A program made the translations under genes and the position numbers. From an uncultured delta proteobacterium (GTDB lineage Bacteria > Desulfobacterota > Binatia > Binatales > Binataceae): 64,000 nucleotides of DNA. The notes under the pieces are model-generated. The model did not search any database, was not told the DNA's origin, and worked only from the letters and a program-made list of their open reading frames with translations. Location: the NCBI GenBank assembly GCA_963842085.1, contig CAWJET010000002.1, positions 640,001 to 704,000 of the forward strand, written 5' to 3'. Within the stretch, counting starts at the first letter, position 1. Each line of letters opens with the position of its first letter. Positions 1 through 8,404 of the stretch are shown piece by piece.

Positions 1-1901
1 GCGCCCAGCGCCGCTCCCAGGCTCACCCCGGGATTTTCCTCGACTCGCACGCATCCGGCGGAACTGTGCGTCATCCGAATCGCGCGGTCCACCAACGTCG
101 CCACGTCCATTCCAATCAATGCGGCAGGCACAAACCCGAAATACGACAGCACCGAGTAGCAGCCGACGATGTCGGGAGGATTCAGGAACACGCGGCGGAA
201 CTTGTTCTCTTTCGCAATCGCCGCCAACTTCGTTCCCGGGTCGGTGATCGCAACGAAATGCGAGCCCGCGGGATTCGACGACTTCGCCTTCACGTGCTCG
301 AAAAACGCCCTGAGGTGAGACTCTGTTTCGATGGTGTCGCCGGTCTTGCTCGCGACCACGAACAACGCCCGCGTGCAGTCGATGTTGCGATCGAGCGTCC
401 GGATCGTTTCGGGAACCGTCGTATCGAGTACGTGAAGTTTGGGATAACCCGGTGGGCTCGAAAACGTCGTAGCGAACAACTCCGCGCTCTGCGACGAGCC
501 CCCCATCCCAAGCAGGACGACGTTGCGGAAGCCGGCACCGCGAACTTCATCGGCAAACGCCGCAAGATCTTTCACCCGCTCGCACATCGTCTCCGGAACC
601 GTCAGCCAGCCGAGCGCGTTCCTGATGGCGTCGCGGTCGGCCGGTTCCTTCGACCAGAGCGTGGCGTCCTTCTTCCAGAGCCGCGCGGGAAAATCGTTCT
701 GGTCGAGGTCCTTGAAGGCGGCGTTGACTTGGGAATCGTAACCGGGCGCGGCAATAATCTGCTTGTCGTGCGCTCCATCAACGATTGCGGCACGCCGGCC
801 TTTGATGACGGCGCTCAAATCCTCGAACGACTTGGCAAACGATTCGACGCCCTCCTTCTGCAATTCCTCGCCAACCTCAATGAGATCGACCCCGACGGCC
901 GCCAGCCGCTTGACAATCTCGCGAGCCTCGCCGAGGTTTTCCTCGAGCGACGCGCGCGGTTTGCCGTGGTCGCGAAACGCATCCATCGTCGCCGGCGGCA
1001 TCGTGTTGACGGTGTCGGGGCCGACCAGATCCTCGACGTACTTGATGTCGCTGTACGCGTGATTCTTGGTCCCGGTCGACGCCCACAGCGGCCATTGCGG
1101 ACGTCCGCCTTTCTCGCGCAGAGACTTGAACCGCTCTCCTGCGAAAATTTCTTTGTAGCGCTGGTAGATTAGCTGCGAGTTCGCGACCGCCGCTTTGCCC
1201 ATCAGCGCTGCCACCGCCTCGTTCGGCGCTCCCTTCAGTTTGTCCTCGAGCTTGCGATCGACCAGGGTCTCGACGCGGCTCACGAACACGCTCGCGACCG
1301 ACCACACCTTGTCGATCGGATGTCCCGCCTTCAGCCGGCGTTCGAGGCCACGGATGTAAGCCTCGGCGACAGCGTCGTAATGCTTCATCGAGAACATCAG
1401 GGTCACGTTGACGTTGCGCCCTTCGGAAATGAGCTGCTCGATCGCGGGGAGACCCGCGGGGGTCGAGGGAACCTTGATCATCACGTTGGGCCGCGCGAGC
1501 GTGTCCCAGTAGCGGCGCGCCGCCGCGATCGTGCCGTCGGTATCGTTAGCAAGCGTCGGCGAAACTTCGTAGCTGATGTAGCCGTGGATGCCACCGGTCT
1601 TGTCGTAGAGCGGACGGAACGCGTCGGCCGCCATCCGGATATCCGCCATCGACAGCGCTTCGTAAATTTCGTCGATGCTTTTTTCAGTGGGCGCCAGTTC
1701 CTTGAGCTGATCGTCGTAGTCGGTGGAACCGGCGATCGCTTTTTCGAAGATCGTCGGATTGGACGTCATGCCCTTGAGGCCGTCTTCGTCGAGGATGCGG
1801 CGAAATTCAGCGGAGGTGAGCAGATGACGGCGGATGTAGTCGAGCCACACGGCCTGTCCAAAATGCTCCAACTGCTTCAGGGGATTTTCGGCGCTAGCCA
1901 T
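1..1901 (-). CDS. tal-pgi: Bifunctional transaldolase / phosphoglucose isomerase (runs off the window start)
   Basis: Manual translation from the ATG at 1901: MASAENPLKQLEHFGQAVWLDYIRR...GMTSNPTIFEKAI...NVMIKVP...NVNVTLMFS...WASTGTKN (transaldolase), then a SIS/PGI-like region LGMGGSS...VASKTGDTIET...AITDPGT. Missing from the ORF track because no stop codon lies in the window. Directly downstream of tkt. Confidence 0.9.
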   Translation of the reverse strand, partial: MASAENPLKQLEHFGQAVWLDYIRRHLLTSAEFRRILDEDGLKGMTSNPTIFEKAIAGSTDYDDQLKELAPTEKSIDEIYEALSMADIRMAADAFRPLYDKTGGIHGYISYEVSPTLANDTDGTIAAARRYWDTLARPNVMIKVPSTPAGLPAIEQLISEGRNVNVTLMFSMKHYDAVAEAYIRGLERRLKAGHPIDKVWSVASVFVSRVETLVDRKLEDKLKGAPNEAVAALMGKAAVANSQLIYQRYKEIFAGERFKSLREKGGRPQWPLWASTGTKNHAYSDIKYVEDLVGPDTVNTMPPATMDAFRDHGKPRASLEENLGEAREIVKRLAAVGVDLIEVGEELQKEGVESFAKSFEDLSAVIKGRRAAIVDGAHDKQIIAAPGYDSQVNAAFKDLDQNDFPARLWKKDATLWSKEPADRDAIRNALGWLTVPETMCERVKDLAAFADEVRGAGFRNVVLLGMGGSSQSAELFATTFSSPPGYPKLHVLDTTVPETIRTLDRNIDCTRALFVVASKTGDTIETESHLRAFFEHVKAKSSNPAGSHFVAITDPGTKLAAIAKENKFRRVFLNPPDIVGCYSVLSYFGFVPAALIGMDVATLVDRAIRMTHSSAGCVRVEENPGVSLGAALG

Positions 1902-1940
1902 CGTTCGCTCGCTCGTGCTTGAAAATTAGGTCGAGCTCCA

Positions 1941-4001
1941 CTAGCGCGCGAGCAATTTCAGTGCGCGCTCGACGACGTTGTCCACGGTGAAGCCGAAATG
2001 TTTCATCACTTCTTCGGACTTGCCCGACGCGCCGTAAGTCGTCATCCCGATAATGTCGCCGTCCAGCCCGACCCATCGGTACCATGACATCGGCGCGCCC
2101 GCCTCGACCGCGAGCCGTCGGCGAATGTCCGGCGGCAGCACCGAGTCGCGATAGGCCTGGTCCTGCTGCTCGAAAATATTTTCGCTGGGCATGCTCACGA
2201 CGCGGACCGACTTGCCCCTCTCTTCGAGCTTCGCTTTCGCCTCGACGACCAGCTGCAATTCCGAGCCCGAGCCAATCAAAATGATCTCCGGGGTACGGCC
2301 CGCCGTCTCGGTAATCACGTACGCGCCGCGCCGTGCGCCGCTGGCAGGCGCTATCTTGCTGCGATCAAGCGTCGGCACCTTCTGCCGCGACAGCGCGAGC
2401 AGCACCGGGCCGTGCGTATGCGTCATGACGGTGCGCCACGCCTCCACCGCCTCGTTCGCGTCGCCGGGGCGAATCACAGTGAGATGCGGAATTGCGCGCA
2501 GGGAAGCAAGGTGCTCGATCGGCTGGTGGGTCGGGCCGTCCTCGCCCACACCGATCGAGTCGTGGGTGAAGACGAACACCACCTGGAGTTCCATCAGCGC
2601 GGCCAGCCGAATCGACGGCCGCGCGTAATCGGTGAAGCACAGGAAGCTCGAGCCGTACGGGATGAATCCGCCATGCAGCGCGAGGCCGTTCAAGATCGAG
2701 CACATGCCGTGCTCGCGGATTCCGAAATGCGGATTGCGGCCGTCGTAGTGCCCGCGCTCGAAATCGCCGCCGTCCTTGATGTCGGTAAACGTGGACTCGT
2801 TCAGGTCGGCCGAGCCGCCGAACAGGTTCCAGACTTTCTTCCCGATCGCGGCTTCGGCCTGCGAGGCTGCCACTCGCGTCGCCAGGCTGTCCTTGGGCGT
2901 GAAGACCGGCAACTCTGCGTCCCATCCCTTGGGTAGCTCTTTCGCAAGCGCCGTCTGAAATTCGCCGGCCAGCGCGGGATTCTTTTTGGCGTAGGACCCG
3001 AACTTTGCGCTCCATTCCCTCTCCAGCTCCTCGCCACGCTCGACGCATTCGCGAAAATGCGCGAGCGCATCGTCGGGGACGTAAAACGGCGGCTCGGTCG
3101 GGTATCCGTAAAATTCCTTGGTCAGCTTGACCTCTTCGACGCCGAGCGGATTGCTGTGCGCGGCCGAGGTGCCCTGCTTGTGCGGGCTGCCGTAGCCGAT
3201 GATCGAGCGCACCCGAATGAGCGACGGCCGAGTCGTCTCCGCGATTCCATTTTCGATCGCCTTCGACAGCGCCGCGAGATCGTTCGCGTCTTCGACTACC
3301 TGGGTATGCCACTTGTATGCGTCGAACCGCTGGCACACGTCCTCGTCAAAGGTGAGCTCGGTGTGCCCGTCAATCGTCACGTGGTTGTCGTCGTAGAGGT
3401 AGACGATGTTGCCGAGCCCGACGTGACCCGCGATCGACGCCGCCTCGCTCGCCACACCTTCCATCAGGTCGCCGTCGCTGCAAATGGCGAAGATGCGATG
3501 ATCGAACAGCCCCGACTGGTCGCGCTCGAAGCGCGCTTCGAGATGCTTCGCCGCCATCGCCATGCCGACGCCGTTGCCGAAGCCCTGGCCGAGCGGCCCG
3601 GTGGTGGTCTCGACGCCGGGGACGCACCAGTACTCGGGATGGCCGGGGGTTTTGCTGCCAAGCTGGCGAAACTGCTTGATGTCGTCGAGCGAGATGTCGT
3701 AGCCGGTGAGATAGAGCAGGCTGTAGAGCAGCATCGAGCCGTGGCCGGCCGACAGCACGAAGCGGTCGCGCCCGAACCATTTTGCATTTTTCGGGTTGTG
3801 GCGCATGAACCGCGTGTAGAGCAGGTAGGAGGCCGGCGCCATGCCCATCGGCAGTCCGCAATGGCCCGAGTTGGCTTTCTGGACCGCGTCGATGGTCAGC
3901 ACGCGAATCGCGTTGATACAGGTTTGGTCCAGGTCGGACCGGCTCACTTTGATTTGCGCTGCAGTCGCCAAGATTTCACCCCGCGTGGTTTGGGCGGTCA
4001 T
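1941..4001 (-). CDS. tkt: Transketolase
   Basis: SGHCG, DRFVLSAGHGS, ETTTGPLGQG, TPP motif SDGDLMEG, THDSIGVGEDGPTHQPIEH. Confidence 0.97.
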   Translation of the reverse strand: MTAQTTRGEILATAAQIKVSRSDLDQTCINAIRVLTIDAVQKANSGHCGLPMGMAPASYLLYTRFMRHNPKNAKWFGRDRFVLSAGHGSMLLYSLLYLTGYDISLDDIKQFRQLGSKTPGHPEYWCVPGVETTTGPLGQGFGNGVGMAMAAKHLEARFERDQSGLFDHRIFAICSDGDLMEGVASEAASIAGHVGLGNIVYLYDDNHVTIDGHTELTFDEDVCQRFDAYKWHTQVVEDANDLAALSKAIENGIAETTRPSLIRVRSIIGYGSPHKQGTSAAHSNPLGVEEVKLTKEFYGYPTEPPFYVPDDALAHFRECVERGEELEREWSAKFGSYAKKNPALAGEFQTALAKELPKGWDAELPVFTPKDSLATRVAASQAEAAIGKKVWNLFGGSADLNESTFTDIKDGGDFERGHYDGRNPHFGIREHGMCSILNGLALHGGFIPYGSSFLCFTDYARPSIRLAALMELQVVFVFTHDSIGVGEDGPTHQPIEHLASLRAIPHLTVIRPGDANEAVEAWRTVMTHTHGPVLLALSRQKVPTLDRSKIAPASGARRGAYVITETAGRTPEIILIGSGSELQLVVEAKAKLEERGKSVRVVSMPSENIFEQQDQAYRDSVLPPDIRRRLAVEAGAPMSWYRWVGLDGDIIGMTTYGASGKSEEVMKHFGFTVDNVVERALKLLAR

Positions 4002-4030
4002 CGAATCCGCCGGTTTGGTTTTTCACTTTA

Positions 4031-4051
4031 GTGGATTTCCATTAAATCCAC
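4031..4051. promoter_or_regulatory. Perfect 8-bp inverted repeat GTGGATTT-N5-AAATCCAC just upstream of tkt (operator or terminator)
   Basis: Seen directly in the sequence; function unknown. Confidence 0.3.
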
Positions 4052-4090
4052 CTGCGGGACGCGCGCGACTCGCCAACTCCCGGGTCGCGA

Positions 4091-4459
4091 TCACCAATCC
4101 TTGTTGTCGTCGTCCTTGGTATCGCCCGCCTTTCGACGCATCACGTCGACGCTGGTTTTCGCGTCACCCTTGTGACCGGCGCCGAGCGCGGCGGCGAATC
4201 GCTCCGCGATTGTCCGCATCACTGCGCCCTCTTCCGGGTCGAGCGCACTACCGAGCGCTGCCAGTTGTTCCATCGCGAGACGAATCGCGGCGATCGACCC
4301 GGCCATATCGCCCCGCTCGCGGCATGCGAGCGCGTCGCGCAAGCGCTCGCGCACACCGGCAATCGCCGGCCGCGCGCGCTCGCCGATCACGATCTCGAGT
4401 TCGCCAAGATTTTGCGCGAGTTTCGTGAACGGATCGTCTGCGGGATTGCTGAGCGGCAC
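4091..4459 (-). CDS. Hypothetical helical protein (122 aa)
   Basis: ORF with plausible codon usage and amphipathic helical composition, filling the gap between tkt and fabF. Confidence 0.7.
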   Translation of the reverse strand: MPLSNPADDPFTKLAQNLGELEIVIGERARPAIAGVRERLRDALACRERGDMAGSIAAIRLAMEQLAALGSALDPEEGAVMRTIAERFAAALGAGHKGDAKTSVDVMRRKAGDTKDDDNKDW

Positions 4460-4599
4460 TCTTAAATTGTTTCATCGGTACAACTTTAGATGCAAGGCCG
4501 GCGTGCCGCGTCGAGCAGAACCCTGCGCCTGGATTCTCGACCAGCGTCTCTTTTTGTTAGATGATTAAAGTTGAATTCGATGGAGGATGAGGGGCCCTG

Positions 4600-5847
4600 A
4601 TGAGACCAATGCTTGAGCGCCGCGTAGTGGTCACCGGAGTGGGACTGGTGACTCCGCTCGGAGTTGGAGTGGAGAAAAACTGGGACGCCCTGATGGCGGG
4701 ACGGTCCGGTATCGCTACGATTACGCGCTTCGACGCCTCGGAATTCCCCGCCCGTATCGCCGGCGAGGTCAAGGACTTCAATCCCGAGGACTGGATCGAA
4801 AAGCGCGACGTCAAAAAAATGGACCCCTTCATCCAGTACGCGGTCGCGTCCGCCGAGCAGGCGATGCGCCAGTCAGGGTTCAAGATCACCGAAGAGAACG
4901 CCGATAACGTCGGCGTCTTGGTCGGCGTCGGCATCGGCGGCCTGTGCACCATCGAGGAGTACCACAAAGTCTTCATCGAGACCGGACTACGCCACGTCAC
5001 CCCGTTTTTTATCCCCAAATTGATCAGCAATCTGGCGCCCGGCCAGATCTCGATTCGCTACGGAGCGCGCGGCGCCAACTTTGCCACCACCAGCGCGTGC
5101 GCCTCGGGCAGCCATGCGATCGGCGAGGCGTATCGCATGATCAGGCTCGGCTACCTGGATGCCGCGATCACCGGCGGCTCGGAGGCCGCAATCACCTCGC
5201 TCGGCGTCGGCGGATTTGTCGCGATGCGGGCGCTTTCGACCCGCAACGAACATCCCGAGAAAGCCAGCCGCCCGTTCGACAAGGAGCGCGACGGATTCGT
5301 GATGTCGGAGGGCTCGGCCGCGCTGATCCTCGAAGAGCGCGAGGCCGCGATCAAGCGCGGCGCCAGGATCATTGCCGAGATCTGCGGTTACGCCGCCAAC
5401 AGCGACGCCTACCACATCACGTCGCCCGCGCCCAATGGACGCGGCGCCGCCAAGTGTATGCGGATGTGCCTCGAAGACAGCGACCTCGATCCCAACCAAG
5501 TCGATTACATCAACGCGCACGGCACTTCGACCGAGCAGGGTGACGTGGCCGAGACTCAAGCCGTCAAGCAGGTCTTCGGCGAGCGCGCCGCGAAACTTGC
5601 GATCAGCTCGACCAAGTCGATGACCGGGCACACGCTCGGCGCGGCCGGCGCGATCGAATCGGTGTACACGGTGCTCGCGATCGATCGGGGGATGATGCCG
5701 CCGACGATCAACCAGGAATTTCCCGACCCCCAATGCGACCTCGATTACGTGCCGAACAAGCCGCGCCCCGCGAAGATTCGCATCGCGCTGAATAATTCAT
5801 TCGGGTTCGGCGGCACCAACACGACGCTGGCCTTCAGGCCCGCCTAA
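4600..5847 (+). CDS. fabF: 3-oxoacyl-ACP synthase II
   Basis: RRVVVTGVG, TSACASG (catalytic Cys), YINAHGTST, KSMTGHTLGAAG, NSFGFGGTN. Confidence 0.97.
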   Translation: MRPMLERRVVVTGVGLVTPLGVGVEKNWDALMAGRSGIATITRFDASEFPARIAGEVKDFNPEDWIEKRDVKKMDPFIQYAVASAEQAMRQSGFKITEENADNVGVLVGVGIGGLCTIEEYHKVFIETGLRHVTPFFIPKLISNLAPGQISIRYGARGANFATTSACASGSHAIGEAYRMIRLGYLDAAITGGSEAAITSLGVGGFVAMRALSTRNEHPEKASRPFDKERDGFVMSEGSAALILEEREAAIKRGARIIAEICGYAANSDAYHITSPAPNGRGAAKCMRMCLEDSDLDPNQVDYINAHGTSTEQGDVAETQAVKQVFGERAAKLAISSTKSMTGHTLGAAGAIESVYTVLAIDRGMMPPTINQEFPDPQCDLDYVPNKPRPAKIRIALNNSFGFGGTNTTLAFRPA

Positions 5848-5867
5848 CCAGGGCTAACCGGTTCATC

Positions 5868-6845
5868 ATGGGCTCAAGAATTGTCGCCACCGGACGGGCC
5901 GTACCGCGCACGGCCCTCACCAACAAGGACCTCGAGCGGTACCTGGACACCTCCGACCAATGGATCCGCTCGCGCACCGGCATCGGCCAGCGCTATGCAA
6001 TGCGCCAGGGCGACTCGCTCGCACAAATCGCGACCGACGCAAGCCGCAGCGCGCTCGATCGCGCCGGCATCAAGCCCGCCGAGCTCGACGCGATCATCGT
6101 CGGCACGGTTTCCTCGGAGTACGCGTTCCCGTCCTTCGCATGCCAGATTCAGTACGGGCTGGGTATCTCGTCGATCCCGGCCTTCGACGTCGCCGCCGCC
6201 TGCTCGGGCTTCGTGTATGCGATCCAGGTCGCGGATGCACAGATGCGCGCCGGCGACTTCAAGCGCGTACTGGTGGTGGGCGCCGACGCGCTCTCCACCA
6301 TGGTGGATTGGAACGATCGCCGTACCGCGGTGCTGTTTGGCGACGGCGCGGGCGCATGCGTGATGGTCACCGAGCCGGGGAATCGGGGAGTGCTGTCCAG
6401 CCTGCTGCGCTCCGCCGGCGAGCATTGGAACCTGCTCTCGGTCCGCGCCACCGGAACCCGCAGCACCATCGACTCCGAGGTGCGGCGATGCGCCGATGAC
6501 GCGATTCAGATGAAAGGCCCGGAGCTCTTCAAAATCGCCGTCAAGAGCATGGAAGAAGTCAGCCGCCTGGTGGCCGAGCGCGCCGGCGTCAAGCTCGAGG
6601 ACATCGACCTGTTCGTGCCGCATCAGGCGAACATGCGAATCATTTCCGCAGTCGCCGAGCGCCTCGGGCTGCCCGCGGAAAAAGTTTTCACCAACATCGA
6701 TCGCTACGGCAACACCTCCGCCGCCTCCGTGCCAATCGCGCTCGACGAGGCCCTCGAGCAAGGGCGGATTCACAACAACGATATCGTGATGCTGAACGCG
6801 TGCGGCGGCGGCCTGACCTGGGGAGCGAACCTGGTCCGCTGGTAA
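5868..6845 (+). CDS. fabH: 3-oxoacyl-ACP synthase III
   Basis: DTSDQWIRSRTGI, AACSGF, LFGDGAGA, VPHQANMRI, YGNTSAAS, GGGLTWG. Confidence 0.96.
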   Translation: MGSRIVATGRAVPRTALTNKDLERYLDTSDQWIRSRTGIGQRYAMRQGDSLAQIATDASRSALDRAGIKPAELDAIIVGTVSSEYAFPSFACQIQYGLGISSIPAFDVAAACSGFVYAIQVADAQMRAGDFKRVLVVGADALSTMVDWNDRRTAVLFGDGAGACVMVTEPGNRGVLSSLLRSAGEHWNLLSVRATGTRSTIDSEVRRCADDAIQMKGPELFKIAVKSMEEVSRLVAERAGVKLEDIDLFVPHQANMRIISAVAERLGLPAEKVFTNIDRYGNTSAASVPIALDEALEQGRIHNNDIVMLNACGGGLTWGANLVRW

Positions 6846-6862
6846 TCTGGCTTGGTCTGGTG

Positions 6863-6896
6863 CCCCTTCGCGAGCGGGAAGGGGTTAGGGGTTGGG
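6863..6896. repeat. Dispersed palindromic repeat (CCCCTTC...GAAGGGG-TTAGGGGTTGGG type)
   Basis: Hairpin ccccttcgcgagcgggaagggg; its reverse complement resembles 28550-28584. Confidence 0.55.
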
Positions 6897-6950
6897 TTTC
6901 TTCAGCACCAGCACATTGATCGCGAATCTCGGCGCTTAGTTACTCCACAA

Positions 6951-7910
6951 ATGCTTAACGAAATCCTCGCCCGACGCGTGCTGATCGTGCTCGGCAAGGG
7001 CGGGGTCGGCAAATCCACCCTGAGCGCCGCACTCGCCAAGCTCGCGGCCGCGGCGGGCGCTCGCGCGCTCATCATGGAATGCGACGCGCGCGCCCCCCTG
7101 GCCGCAGCGTTCGGCATCAAGCCGTCGTTCGCGCCCACGCAAATAGCATCGAATCTGGCGCTGATGACGCTCGACGGCCGCGCCGCGCTCGAGGAATATC
7201 TTCGCATGGTGGTGCCGGGCCGGATGCTGCTGAAGGCGGTGTTCGCCAGCCGCCTCTATCAATTTTTCGTTCAAGCCGCGCCCGGCCTGCGCGAACTTAT
7301 GATGCTGGGGAAGGTTTACTATGAAGCCGGGCGTGACGGCGCCAATCCCGCCGTCCGCAAAATGATAATCGTCGACGCGCCCGCCAGCGGCCAGGCGCTC
7401 AGTCTGCTCAAGATGCCGACGGCGGCGCGCTCCACCTTCGGCGAGAGCATCGTCGGAAAGGAAGCGAGCAACATTTCTCGTATGATCCGTGACCGGCGCA
7501 ATTGCGCAATCGTCCAGGTCACCACCGCCGACAGTCTTTCGATCTCGGAAACCAGCGAGACTCACGCGCAGTTGAGCCGCATTCATCTCACGCCGGCCGC
7601 CGTGCTGTTCAATCGCGTCCCGCGGTCCGAGTTCGACGCCGACGACATATTGGAGCTGACCAGCCGTCGCGGCCCTCATCTGCGCAAGAAAGACCTCGAG
7701 CATCTCGCCGCGCTTGCCAGGTCCGAGCTGAACCGCGCGGCCGAAGCGCGCAAGGCGATCGCGCGAATCCGCACTGAGACCGGTGGCCCGGTGCTCGAGG
7801 TCGCCGAACACGCCAGTCTCTCGGGAATCGAACTCATTGATTGCCTCGCCGCCGAGCTTGCCCGCCATCGTGAAAAGGAACCCGCCGCCCGCACGGCGCA
7901 TCCGCGCTGA
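6951..7910 (+). CDS. ArsA/Get3-family P-loop ATPase (subunit A-like)
   Basis: GKGGVGKST deviant Walker A, APGLRELMMLGK, IIVDAPASG; ATG at 6951 preferred. Confidence 0.85.
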   Translation: MLNEILARRVLIVLGKGGVGKSTLSAALAKLAAAAGARALIMECDARAPLAAAFGIKPSFAPTQIASNLALMTLDGRAALEEYLRMVVPGRMLLKAVFASRLYQFFVQAAPGLRELMMLGKVYYEAGRDGANPAVRKMIIVDAPASGQALSLLKMPTAARSTFGESIVGKEASNISRMIRDRRNCAIVQVTTADSLSISETSETHAQLSRIHLTPAAVLFNRVPRSEFDADDILELTSRRGPHLRKKDLEHLAALARSELNRAAEARKAIARIRTETGGPVLEVAEHASLSGIELIDCLAAELARHREKEPAARTAHPR

Positions 7911-7920
7911 TCGTGTGTCA

Positions 7921-7965
7921 TCGCGGCATTGGTTCAGTTTCGGATTCCGAAACGAACACCGCGAG
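7921..7965. terminator. Long imperfect hairpin after the ArsA-like gene
   Basis: tcgcgg...gttc-gtttcgg-att-ccgaaac-gaac-a-ccgcga; no clear U tract. Confidence 0.35.
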
Positions 7966-7973
7966 CGTCGTCT

Positions 7974-8293
7974 GTCATCCTGACCGAAACGAGCAACGCG
8001 AGTGCAGTGGAAGGATCTCGGACAGCTTCGCGTAAGCGAAGCCGGTTCCGGTTCCGAGTCTCCGCATCCAATCTTGTTTTCAATCCGCACGCTGTGGGGG
8101 GATGAACTGTTCAGCCTGACCCCGGCGGATTTGGCGTGCTACGTATGTGGTATGGACTACCGTCACGATGTCCCATACTCGCCTGTCCCGCTCAAAATCG
8201 GGCGACACCCGCTTCCTGCTGAAGCAATTTTTGACGGAACGAACCCACCGATGGGGGTGACACCGTCCCAAGAACACTACGGATGGTATGAAA
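7974..8293 (+). repeat. Dispersed element, copy A (GTCATCCTGA arm + hairpin + start of a small ORF); homologous to 62548-62862 on the minus strand
   Basis: Shared blocks ggaaggatctcggacagcttcgcg, ttcagcctgacc-cggcggatttggcgtgctac, ttttgacggaacgaacccaccgatgg, gatggtatgaa. Confidence 0.85.
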
Positions 8294-8394
8294 TCGCCTA
8301 TTTCGGCTGCATCCCGATCCGTCAGAATCCTGCCGAAACCGAACTGGTACCGTCATTCGAACCGCGGCTGGAATCCCGATGCCTCGACAACTAA
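8152..8394 (+). CDS. Small hypothetical protein (80 aa, FDGTNPPM family, copy A)
   Basis: MDYRHDVPYSP...FDGTNPPM...SQEHYGWYE aligns without gaps to the ORF at 62342-62689, with several synonymous codon differences. Confidence 0.5.
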   Translation: MDYRHDVPYSPVPLKIGRHPLPAEAIFDGTNPPMGVTPSQEHYGWYEIAYFGCIPIRQNPAETELVPSFEPRLESRCLDN

Positions 8395-8404
8395 CCTTGT
8401 GACG

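Noticed and set aside
66-1922. Plus-strand ORFs of 368 aa and 200 aa
   Set aside because: Antisense shadows of the tal-pgi gene, as expected in high-GC DNA. The same applies to most long Arg-rich ORFs in the track (e.g. 18741-20393, 30861-32474, 39416-40912).
6951-7910. Arsenic-resistance ATPase arsA
   Set aside because: Single-domain protein with no arsB/C/R/D neighbours; it fits the Get3-like lipid-associated pair better.
8002-8151. Longer GTG-start version of the copy A ORF (130 aa)
   Set aside because: Copy B has an in-frame TAG in the equivalent upstream region, so the shared ATG at 8152 is preferred.
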